Shown here piece after piece: positions 39,994-59,704 of a stretch of DNA of 64,000 nt. Location of the stretch: the NCBI RefSeq assembly GCF_009914755.1, contig NC_060930.1, one strand, 5' to 3'. Each line of letters begins with the position of its first letter. Position 1 is the first letter of the stretch. Under the pieces are notes generated by a model that had not been told where the DNA came from, ran no database searches, and saw only the letters and a program-made list of their open reading frames with translations. The translations under genes were made by a program, and so were the position numbers. Origin of the DNA: the human T2T-CHM13v2.0 reference genome, Homo sapiens.

Positions 39994-41315
39994 CGTACTC
40001 CTCACTGAATATAATAAATTCACAAATAATAATATGATTAATGCTCACCACCAGTTGTGTGTCAAGGTCTCTCTTATTATTAATATTTGGTTGTGTGAAA
40101 TTCATTCTACAGGAGATTCTGCAGAAAGGGCTCATGGCAACACTATTCCCTGAAGTCTTGCATGTTGATAAACCTGTGTGCCCTTTATAATTTAACATCA
40201 GTTTGACTGGATATAAAATCCTTGCTCACATTTCCTTTGCTTGAGTTCATAAATATATTATTCCATTTTCTTCTGGCATAAAGTGTTGCTGTCAAAGAAT
40301 ATGATAATCTAATTTTCTTTCCCTTATAAATCACTTGCTCTTTTTCCCTAGATGCCCAAATAATTTTTCTTCAATGTCCAATAATGTTAGGAAAATATGT
40401 CTTGGTGTTGGTTGTTCTGCTTCAAATTGTCAGGTTCATGGTATGCATTTTCAATAAGTGGTTTCAATTTTTTAGATACTTTTATTTGAGGTATAAACAT
40501 TTTCACTTGAGATATATAAATATTTTTACTTACGGTATAAACATATGCTTGAGGTATACACAATTGTCAAAATGCATCAAACATCTAAGATATATGCATT
40601 TTATTAAAATTTAATAAATACATATTTGATGATCAGTTTGATGCTGTATAACCACCACCTAAAATAAGATATAGAACCTCAAATCCTTTTTATATTTTAG
40701 GGAAGTTTTCTTTAATTATAGTCTTAGCATTCATTCTGTTCCCCTGCATTAATTTAATTCCTTAGAGATACGTATCATCTAAATGTTAAATCTCCTCTTT
40801 CTTTAATATTTGTCACTTTCCTGTAAATAATTTTTACCTTTCTTCATTTACTTTTGGTTTAAAAAAATTTCCTCCTCCTGAGGGAATACTTCTAAACTCA
40901 TTTTACAAGGCCAGTATTACCCTGAATACCAAAACCAGACAAAGGCACATCATAAAAAGAAAACTACAGGCCACTACCTCTGATGAATACTGATGCAAAA
41001 GTCCTCAACAAAATACTTACAAACCAAATTCAACAATACATTAAAAGGGCCATTCATCATGACCAAGCAGGACTTATCCTTGAGATGCAAGGATGGTTCA
41101 ATGTATGCAAATCAATCAATGTGATATCGACAAAATGAAGGATAAAAACCATATGATCATTTCAATTAATGCTGAAAAAGCATTTGATAAAATTCACATC
41201 CCTTCATGATTAAAAACCCTCAAAAGACTGGGTATAGTTCTCCTAGTACTATGTAGCTAGAGCAACCAGACAAGAGAAAGAAATAAAGGGGGTCCAAATT
41301 GGAAAGAAAGAGGTC

Positions 41316-41615
41316 AGGTCAGGTGCGGTGGCTCACGCCTGTAATCCCAGCACTTTGGAAGGCCAAGGCAGGCGGATCACTTGAGGTCAGGAGTTCCAGA
41401 CAAGCCTGGCCAACATGGTGAAACCCCATCTCTATTAAAAATACAAAAAAATTAGCCAGGCAGGGCGGCAGGTGCCTGTAATCCCAGCTACTCAGGAGGC
41501 TGAGGCAGGAGAATCACTTGAACCCAGGAGGCAGAGGTTGCAGTGAGCTGAGATCACGCCACTGCACCCCAGCCTGGGCGACAGTGTCGTGAGACTCCAT
41601 CTCAAAAAAAAAAAA
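41316..41615 (+). mobile_element. Alu inserted in L1 ORF2; another at 44916-45220
   Basis: TSD AAAGAAAGAGGTCA. Confidence 0.92.
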
Positions 41616-42347
41616 GAAAGAGGTCAAATTATCCTTGTTTATAGATTACATGATCTCATATTTAGAAAAACCTACAGACTCCACACAAAAGTCTATTAGA
41701 ACTGATAAATAAATTTAGTAAAGTTGCAAGATACAAAAACATACAAAAATCAATAGCATTTCTATATGCCAACACTGAACAATCTGAAAAAGAAATCTAA
41801 AAAGTAAACCCATTTACAAATAAAACTAAATTAATAGGAATTAACCAAAGTGAAAAATCTCTACAATGAAAACTATACAACACTGATGAAAGAAACTGAA
41901 GAGGATGCCCCAAAAATGGAAAGCTATTTCATGTTCATAGGCTAGAAGAATCAATATTATTTAAAATGTCCATACTATCCAAAGCAATCTAGAGTCAATG
42001 CAATCTCTATCAAAATACCAATGACAGCCCACTAGCAGGGTGGCCATAGTGCCATCTGCCTCGTGTAGGGCCCGCTTCTCTGACCAGCAGACCCATGGAT
42101 TACCACCTGATGCAAGCCCCTCCCACTGAGGCAGCCTCGCTGAGCCCATCGCAGCTGAGGTATCCTGGAGAGATCTTCACCCGTGTCCCATGTGGAAGAT
42201 CAGTTGGCACCATTTCTGCTGGAGCTTTAATATTTTTCTTCTTCCTGATTATAATACTTATTTTCTGTAGCTTTAGCCAAGCTCCTGGGAAACACCTCTT
42301 TTGTCCTTGTTGGGTGTAGAGGCCATGCTAAGGCCCAACGGAACACC

Positions 42348-43967
42348 ATGTTGTCACTGTTCATCCTGTTTGCTCTCCTAATCACCTTGGTCCAGTATGG
42401 GTGGGAACACAACTCTATAATAAATATTTCGACAAGTATTGCATCAGGGAATCATCTTCATGGCTGCTGGATTGTCATGAACATTCCCAGGATAGAGAGT
42501 TCTGTCTTCTGGCTTACCTAAGAAACCTCACTACCATCCCCGCTGACCTCCTAAAATAGTGATCTTCAAATCCCAAACTCCTACTTGTTGAATGGAACTC
42601 TCCCCCACTTAACGGATTCCACTTGAACCCCCTGCCAACATTACCTGGACCTGGGAAATTGGGTATCTATATCTCTAGCGCACTAATGATTCTATCTTTT
42701 GCATTCACTGTTGTGTTCATGACACAAGAGTGGAAGCCTCCCTGTGATGCTCTGATTCAACTTTAGTTGCCACATTCCCAAGGCCACAGCAAGGTAAATG
42801 GGATTCTACTTGTAAGTGAGGAGACCACATATGGTGCCTTCTGGATCAGAACATATAAGGGAAAAACAACTGCCTAGTCTGGGAAGGTGGGAGTACTGCC
42901 CCCTTCCAGAAAACAAAGGGTGTCCCGCCACCCCCATCGGAACAGGGGAAAAATATCTCTCTAGACACAATTTCACAGTAAAGCATAAATACCACATCCC
43001 AATAGGGCTTCTGTTTGTGCCCCAACCGGCTCATTTTTGTTTGTGGCATGAATGGGAAGAAGTTACAACCTGAACTGCTCCCAACTCCCTAGGAAGTCAC
43101 CTTTTCCCTTAGGAGTAGCTTTCCCTTGTATATCAAAAACTTGGAACAGAGGTGAATGTATGCTGGCCACTCTTGCCCCTCCAGGAGTCACTGTCTATAA
43201 CCGCATAACACCCAAGAATACCAGAAGTAAGTGAGTAATAGGAGTAATTCTGGCAGGAATTGGCAGTGATAGGACTAGCAGCACCCCGGGGCAGCTTTGC
43301 CTACCATGAGCCAACTCTAATGAACTTGACTCAATCCCTAGAATCCTTAGCCACCAACACAGGTCAGGCATTAAAGGGAATTCAAGAGTCCTTAGGCTCT
43401 TTGGCAAATGCAGTTCTCATTAACAGACTAGCATTGGATTATTTACTAGCTGAACATGGTGGAGTCTGTGTAGTTATTAATAAAACCTGCTGCACATATT
43501 TTAACAACTCTAGGCAAGTTGAGATTAACATTCAAAAGATCTATGAACAAGCTACCTGGTTACACAGATATAACCAGGGCACTGACCCCAACTATAGCTG
43601 GTCAATTATCAAGTGCTTTCCCAAGTCTCACCTGGTTTTTACCTCTCATAGAACCTTGGATAGTTATCTTCTTGTTTCCAATTTTTGGCCCTTGCTTATT
43701 TAACCTCTTAGTAAAAGTTTGTGTTTTCTAGATTACAACAGTTCCAGGTAAAAAACAATGCTGGCACAAGGCTTCCAACCTATCCCATCTACTGACCTGG
43801 AGAATGAAAGTGTCCTGCCTGTGGGCCCGTTACAACAGGTATCCAGAGATTTTTTTACTCCTCCAGTGCTAGGCAGGGCCTATGGCCATGAGCTCAGCAG
43901 CAAGCAGTTACAGAAGACTGGCCTTCACCCTTCTGCAGCCCTCTTAATATTAAGGAGGAGGATCTAA
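42348..43967 (+). pseudogene. Disrupted gammaretroviral-type env, EnvV-like
   Basis: Signal peptide MLSLFILFALLITLVQYGWEHNSIINISTSIASGNHLHGCWI; furin site RSK(R->TGA) 43232-43234; ISD LINRLALDYLLAEHGGV + CVVINKTCC (CX6CC); TM SLTWFLPL...FGPCLFNLLVK; multiple frameshifts/stops. Confidence 0.85.
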
Positions 43968-43982
43968 TTTCTGAGGGGAAAA

Positions 43983-44381
43983 TGAGGTAGGAGGCAGGAC
44001 TTGACTCCAGAGGTGGGGCTCAGATTGAGGACTCCAGAGGTGGGGATCAGATTGAGGACTAGCTAAAATAGGGCCAGGGCGAAAGCACCTTTCAATCAGA
44101 CCTGTCCATCAATGTGCCATGTCAATCTACTGTTGCCGAGGCAACACCTGGGAGTTACTGGCCTTTTCCATGGCATCTAATGATCCAAAAGTTACTATCC
44201 CTTTCCTGCATAAACTGCCCCTTAATCTCATGCAATTAAAAGTGGGTATAAATGTGACTGTAAAACTGTCCTGAGCTGCTACTCTCTGCCTACAGGGTAG
44301 CTCTGCTCTGCAGGAGCAGTCACAGAGCTATAACACCACTGGAGCTGTAACACTGCCTGTTCAATAAAGCTGTTTTCTTCT
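43983..44381 (+). mobile_element. MER66-like LTR, U3-R only (no U5)
   Basis: Starts TG after PPT; TATA-like GGGTATAAAT at ~44244; ends ~13 nt after AATAAA; internal 27-bp tandem duplication 44003-44056. Confidence 0.7.
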
Positions 44382-44977
44382 AAAAAGGAATTACCAATGA
44401 CATTCTTCATGGAAATAGAAAAAACAATCCTAAAATTTACATGGAGCCATGAAAGACCCCGAATAGCTAAAGCTATCTTAAGCAAAAAGAACAAAACGGA
44501 AGGAATCACATTACCTGACTTCAAATTATACTACAGAGCTATAGTAACCAAAACAGCATGATACTGGCATAAAAACAGACACATAGACCATCAGAACACA
44601 ATAGAGAACCCAGAAACAAATCCACAAACTCATAGTGAACTCACTTTCAACAAAGGTGCCAAGAACATAAGCTGAGGAAAAGACTTCAATAAATAATGCT
44701 GGGAAAACTGGATATCCATATGCAAAAGAGTGAAACTAGACCCCTACCTCTCACCATATATAAAAATAAAATCAAAATGGATTAAAGACTTAAATCTAAG
44801 CCCTCAAACTATGAAACTACTACAAGAAAACATCGAGGAAACTCTCTGGACAAATGGGATCATATCAAGTTAAAAAGATTCTGCACAACAAAGGAAACAA
44901 CAAAGTGAAGACATGGCTGGGCGTGGTAGCTCACACCTGTAATTCCAGCACTTTGGGAGGCTGAGGCAGGTGGATCA

Positions 44978-45241
<264 letters not shown>

Positions 45242-46513
45242 CTACCCATCTGACGAGGGATTAATAACCAGAATATATAAGGAGCTCAAACAACTCTACA
45301 GGAAAAAACCTAATAATCAGATTATAAAATGGGCAAAAGATTTGAACAGACATTTCTCAAAAGAAGACATACAAATGGCAAACAGGCATATGAAAAGGTG
45401 CTCAACACCACTGATCATCAGAGAAACGTAAACCCAAACTACAACGAGATATCTCACTCCAGTTAAAATGGCTTTTATCCAAAAGACAGGCAATAACAAA
45501 TGCTGGCAAGGATGTGGAGAAAAAGGGACCCTTGTACACTGTTGGTGGGAATGTAAACTAATGTGCAACCACTATGGAGAACAGTTTGGAGGTTCCTCAA
45601 AAAACTAAAAATAGAGCTACCATATGATCCAGGAATCTCACTGCTGGGTATATACCCAAAAGAAAGGAAATCATTATATCAAAGAGATACCTGCACTCCT
45701 ATGTTTGTTGCAGCACTGTTTACAATTGCCAAGATTTGGAAGCTACCTAAGTGTCCATCAACAGAAGAATGGATAAAGAAAATGTGGTACATATACACAA
45801 TGGAATACTATTCAGCCATAAAAAAGAATGAGATCCAGTCATTTGCAACAACATGGATGGGACTGGAGGTCATTATGCTAAGTGAAATAAGCCAGGCACA
45901 GAAAGACAAACATAACATGTTCTCATTTATTTGTGAGATCTAAAAATCAAAACAAATAAAATCATGGAGACGAGAGTAGAAGGATGGTTACCAGAAACTG
46001 GGAAGGGTAGTGAGGGTTAAAGGAGGGTGGTGAGGATGGTTAATAGGCACAAAAAAAAAGAAAAAATGAGTAAGACCTCGTATTTGATAGAACAAGAGGG
46101 CAACTATAGTCAATAATAATTGTACCTTTTAAAATAAAAGTGTATAATTGGATTGTAACACACAGAATAACTGCTTGAGGAGATGGATACCCTATTTTAT
46201 ATGATGTGATAATTTCACATTGCTTGCCTGTACCAAAATATCTCAGGTACCTCATAAAGATACACACCTACTATGTACCCACAAAAATTAAAGCAAACAA
46301 AAAAATTCCTCTGCCTACCTTGTACTTCTTTTAGGACATATGTTGTATTTTTATTTCCTCTTATGTTCCTTGTAGTTTACTCACTTCTGAAATTATTTTT
46401 CTTTCATTGCTTTCCTCAGCCCTTCTTTCCTCAGCTCTGTTGCATCATGTTTTTTTCTAATTCTGATTTATGAGCTCTTTCATGTCTTGTATCATTTTCT
46501 TAATGTCTTTTAG

Positions 46514-49507
<2,994 letters not shown>

Positions 49508-49630
49508 TATCCTATGAGCATGTCTTTCTAGGGTACATTCACTATCAATGCTGATGTTACTCTGCTCTTTATTCTCTTTATTCTTATAATCACCTTGAAA
49601 CTTCTATTGTTCATTCTAATATAAAATTAG

Positions 49631-50056
49631 TGTAATAGTGGTCAGAATCAAAATGTAGTCATGTTTAAAAAATGCTGACAAATAGAGCCAAGGAAAGCTA
49701 TGAACAGAGAACTCTCACACTTGTATGCCTGATAGCAAAACAATCACAAAGAACTACAAAAGCCACAACCTTGCATAAAGGCCATTGCGACCTTATGCAG
49801 GAAATATTAATACTTCTGCAGGGACACCTGTCCAGTCCAACCTTGGACTCTTGTTACTGATCGCTATAGCCAAGGATAATCATTTCAAAACAATTACGTA
49901 ATCTTCCCCAATTTTCCTTTAAAACCCTTTGTCTGCCTTTACCTTCCTGAATATGCACATCGTTTCCTATGGCACATATATGCCTACAGCAATACCCTAT
50001 TCCTGAATAAACATTATTTTCTTTCAGAGAAACTCTCTTTGTTATATAGGGTGACA
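49631..50056 (+). mobile_element. Solo ERV1 LTR (MER65-like)
   Basis: TG...CA termini, 4-bp TSD TTAG (49627-30, 50057-60), AATAAA near 50006. Confidence 0.75.
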
Positions 50057-50491
50057 TTAGTTTTCCTAAATGTTTAGAAGATGTGTCTTTAGAAAGAAAG
50101 TAGATTTTCTAGTTTCAAAAAGCTCCCTCTTGCATGTTGAAAATCTTGCATATTGAAGCATGTGGCTTTCTTCCTTAAATTTCTGACTCTGTTCCTATTC
50201 CCTCTTTGTCATGATTGTCCCTGTATCCTGGATAATTTTGATGCCATTCCCAACAGTTCCATCTGCATGGGAGCCTGTCCTGGAAGAGAGCCTTGTCAGA
50301 TCAGTTTCGAGAGTACACAGGGGTTAGACTGCTCCTGCCTCTTCCAACCTTCCTGGGGGCCCCCTGTACTCACACACTATTGGCTACTTAGGGGATCCTA
50401 AGTACCCTATTCTTGGGAAGCCCTGCCCTCCCCTACACAGATGCTGATACTGTGCAGATTTCATGGCTGTTGGTTTGTTGTTTGTCCTTAA

Positions 50492-55420
<4,929 letters not shown>

Positions 55421-56561
55421 ATATGAGTTCAATAGGTACTTTTTTTTTTCTAAAGCCAGTTAATAAAATTTTCCTCTATCCATTTTAAAGTGTGTTGGAT
55501 GTATGGGTGAAATGAAATGTATTTTTAATATACAGGTAGGTTTAATTGTTAATAGTTGGGTAATTGTTCTGTGACTAATGGGCTATTGAAAAATGAATCT
55601 TTGTTAAGTGTTTGAATTTTCTTACTGGAATTATTTGGTGGGTCCTGGATATCCTCACCCATTTTATATATATATATATCTTTTAGTCTTATGTAAAACA
55701 TGATCATTTTTTGTGTAAAAAAGTTTATTTCATTTTCTTTGATTAACAAAGTGTTGGTATCAATTTTTTTTAATCCTTCTGAAGGAAGTAGGCCTCGAGG
55801 GAGCCAGAGGGGGAATCCAACCAAAGTGGTATAATGACTTGCTATCTTAACTTTGGACTTTAAAAATGCAGAGAATGTATGTTTCCTGTTTAACCACCTA
55901 TTTTCCTTCTTACACTCTCTTCCTTCTTTTCTTTCTACAAGTATTTATTAAGCACCTACTATATCTCAAGCACTGTTGTAGTACGTGGGATACCATAGTG
56001 AATAAAATAGATAAAAATTTCTGCCCCCATGGAATTTAGAGAAACAGACAATAAACAAATGAACTAAGAAACATATGGTAGTATGTCTAATGATGAAAAG
56101 TGCTAGGAAGAAAGATAAAACAAGGTAAGGAGTAGGAGGGTGGCAGGAGGGGTGAGCGGTGTGTGTGGACAGGAAGATGGCAGTTTCATATAGGGTGGTC
56201 CGGTAAGGCCTTGCCCAGACAATCTCTGGGCAATAATCAGAAACAGACAGTGGGGTTGGGGGCAGGGGGTGAAACAAGGGATACCTGCAGGAACAGGCTG
56301 GGCGGTATGTGCCCCAGGCAAAATAAACGAGGCCTCAGGGCCAATGCATGCTTGATGTGCTTAGGAGGCAGCCAGAGGCTGTGTGTGCAACCGAGTGTGT
56401 AAGAGGTCAGAAGATAAGATGTGAGGAGGAGGGGCAGGCAGTGTTGACTGGGTACAGCCTGTTAGTCCCAAAGGGCAAGCAACAGTGCCTGGAGGCATCC
56501 TAAGGCACAGCACAAAACCACGTTTAGCTCCTGTCCTCCAAAATTCTACATAGTCCCGTGG

Positions 56562-57092
56562 TATCAGAGGCACGTGAACCACAGCAACTTCATCTTGAAT
56601 AGGAGCTGGGTAAAATGAGGCTGAGACCTACTGGGTTGCATTCCCAGATGGTTATGGCATTCTGAGTCACAGGATTAGACAGGAGGTTGGCACAAGATAC
56701 AGGTCATTAAGACCTTGCTGATAAAACAGGCTACAGTAAAGAAGCCAGCCAAAACCCACCAAAACCAAGATGGCGATGAGAGTGACCTCTGGTGGTCCTC
56801 ACTGCTATACTCCCATTAGCGCCATGACAGTTTACAAATGCCATGGCAACATCAGGAAGTTACCCTGTATGGTCTGAAAAAGGGAAGCATGAATTATCCA
56901 CCTTTAGCATATAATCAAGAAATAGCCATAAAAATGGGCAACCAGCAGCCCTCAGGGGCTGCTGTGTCTACAGAGTAGCCATTCTTCTGTTCCTTTACTT
57001 TCCTAATAAACTTACTTTCACTTTACTCAACAAACTCGCCCTGAATTCTTTCTTGTGAGAGATTCAAGAACCCTCTCTTGGGGTCTGGATCA
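56562..57092 (+). mobile_element. MER41A-like solo LTR, 3' end slightly truncated
   Basis: Matches recalled MER41 consensus (CATCTTGAATAGG..GCTGGGTAAAATGAGGCTGAGACC; CAAGAACCCTCTCTTGGGGTCTGGATC). Confidence 0.8.
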
Positions 57093-57392
57093 TGGGAACT
57101 GGACATCTGTAGGGAGAGAGGATGTTTCCAGAGTTTGGCACTTCCAACACACCAGGTCATTGAATCCTCACCACATCCTGTGATATTCTTATCATTATCC
57201 CCATTTTATGATTAAGAAACTGATTCAGAGAGGCTAAGCAGCTTATCAAGATGGTATAACTTACATGAATCAGAGCTTGGATTTGAATCTAGCAATCCAA
57301 CTTTTTCCCAAGCCGTCCTTAACATTGCTGTCTCACTGTTTGAAAATATGACCCAAGATCTGTGCACTTTACTATTTGGAAATTTTACTTTA

Positions 57393-57617
<225 letters not shown>

Positions 57618-58884
57618 CTACTAAAAAAATACAAAAATTAGCCAGGTGTGGGGGTGGGCCCCTGCTATCCTGGCTACTCGGGAGGCTGAGGCAGGGAGAA
57701 TTACTTGAACCTGGGAGGTGGAGCTTGCAGTGAGCCGAGATCGTGCCACTGCACTACAGCCTGGGCGACAGAGCGAGACTCCGTTTCAAAAAAAAAAAAA
57801 AAAAAAAGAACACAGCATCTGAAAGCCTAGCACATGAGAGTCAACACTGAACTCATTGTCAGGAGCCCCTAATATTAACAGGACCCCTTGAGAAATGTTT
57901 TATACTAACAAAAAATAGAAAACCATCTAAATGTTCACCAATGGGGAATTAATTAAACTGGTATAGCAATATGATAAAAAAAACTAGGCAGATGCTAAAC
58001 ATTTTGTATGTTTATGTTCATTGGCATGGTTAGATAGACACCACATATTCAGTGGAAAGACACAAAATGGAAAAACACTTGAAAGTGAGGTTAGATAACA
58101 ATATTTGTGGTATGATCTCACTGTGGAGAAACCAAAGGGAAAATACCTGCTTTAACATGTAGGATGCTTGGAATATATCTATATTTTTCTCCTCGTCAGC
58201 CTCAGAATGTTCCAGATCATATAAAAAATGGTAAAAACTAATTTAAACTTCTCCATGTGTCATCGAGTTCAAGCAAATTTCCTTTGACACTAAGCCAATT
58301 ATGTGTAAATTACTGCCTGGTTGCTTCCTATGGACTATCCCCCAAAAGGCGCCCAATATTCAATTCCATGCTTTTAATCAGACACCTAGTCTATGTAAAA
58401 CCAAAGGACTGACCTGAAAAGAAAGAGAACATAGAAACCAAAATCCTTTAGACATTTCTTTTTACTTGTAATAATGTAACATGTTTGGTGAGAAATAAGT
58501 TGTTTTCCATTTACTATATTTTCAAATTCCCACTCTTAGCATACTTATTAAAACCGCTGTATTTCTAGGTACTATGTATTTAGGTGAGCATTTAAAATTT
58601 GTAAAAATAAAATTGGTAAAATAAAATGTCACCCTACTCTCCTATGTCATTTTTGAATTTGGAATATTCCTGGTAACATAAATTAGATTTATTTATTTTA
58701 ATAATTAGGGTGTTTTTTAAAGAATACAAATATCTTACTTCATTATTTGGCTATATAAAGCATTCTTTAAATACGTCTAATTTTAAGTATATCTAATTCT
58801 ACATACATTTCATAAAGATAAATGAAAGTTTGGACCTTCTCATTTGATATTGCAATTAACTCGTATTTAAGATTTTAAACTTAC

Positions 58885-59032
58885 CCCCTCCTTGTATCCA
58901 GCCATTCTGTACTATTCGATGAAAAATGGAATTTTTGTAATGTAGTCTTATGCCACGTTGAGAAAACCCTGCTTTTCCTGTGCACAAGACCTGAAAATTT
59001 TTACATGTTTTGGGACACACATCACAGTATAG
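58885..59032 (-). CDS. PPIL6: PPIL6 coding exon (probably exon 5)
   Basis: 148 nt LYCDVCPKTCKNFQVLCTGKAGFSQRGIRLHYKNSIFHRIVQNGWIQGG; cyclophilin FHR..QGGD signature; donor GGG|GTAAGT. Confidence 0.95.
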
Positions 59033-59131
59033 CTACAAAATAAAGACAAAAGGTTTCAAAGATTAAATATTTAACACTCCAACAGTTATAGATCCTACCC
59101 CCACAAACTTACATATAAAAAAAAGTATCAC

Positions 59132-59194
59132 CTCAAAAATCAATCTTCCAATTGGAGAAGAATCAATACAAATGTCCAAAAACACGAAATCATG
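59132..59194 (-). CDS. PPIL6: PPIL6 coding exon (probably exon 4; start of cyclophilin domain)
   Basis: 63 nt HDFVFLDICIDSSPIGRLIFE, homologous to CypA VFFDIAVDGEPLGRVSFE; AG/GT boundaries. Confidence 0.93.
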
Positions 59195-59404
59195 CTGTGA
59201 AGATTAAGGAGAATCATATAATGCAGGTCAAAGTCTTACAAGAAAGTTTTCAGAAATGACCAAAAATACAGCAGATACAATATTTTTAGTGAAAAGATTT
59301 CAATAACATTACCAATGGATAATATTACAGTAAAATTAAGTGAATGACTTGTATTAGTTTATTTCATTTTATCAAGTTTTTATAACCCACTTTACACATT
59401 TTAA

Positions 59405-59704
<300 letters not shown>

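Larger units (their letters stand above)
42027..44390 (+). mobile_element. ERV1 (ERV-V/MER66-like) pre-env + env + 3' LTR U3-R insert
   Basis: env homology, polypurine tract GAGGGGAAAA then TGAGGTAGG LTR start at 43983, AATAAA 44363-44368, short A tract, TSD TACCAATGACA at 42016-42026 and 44392-44402. Confidence 0.85.

Noticed and set aside
43260-43703. env TM ORF as a functional syncytin-like gene
   Set aside because: No true ATG, upstream stop at the furin site, frameshifts before the membrane anchor, no 5' LTR promoter
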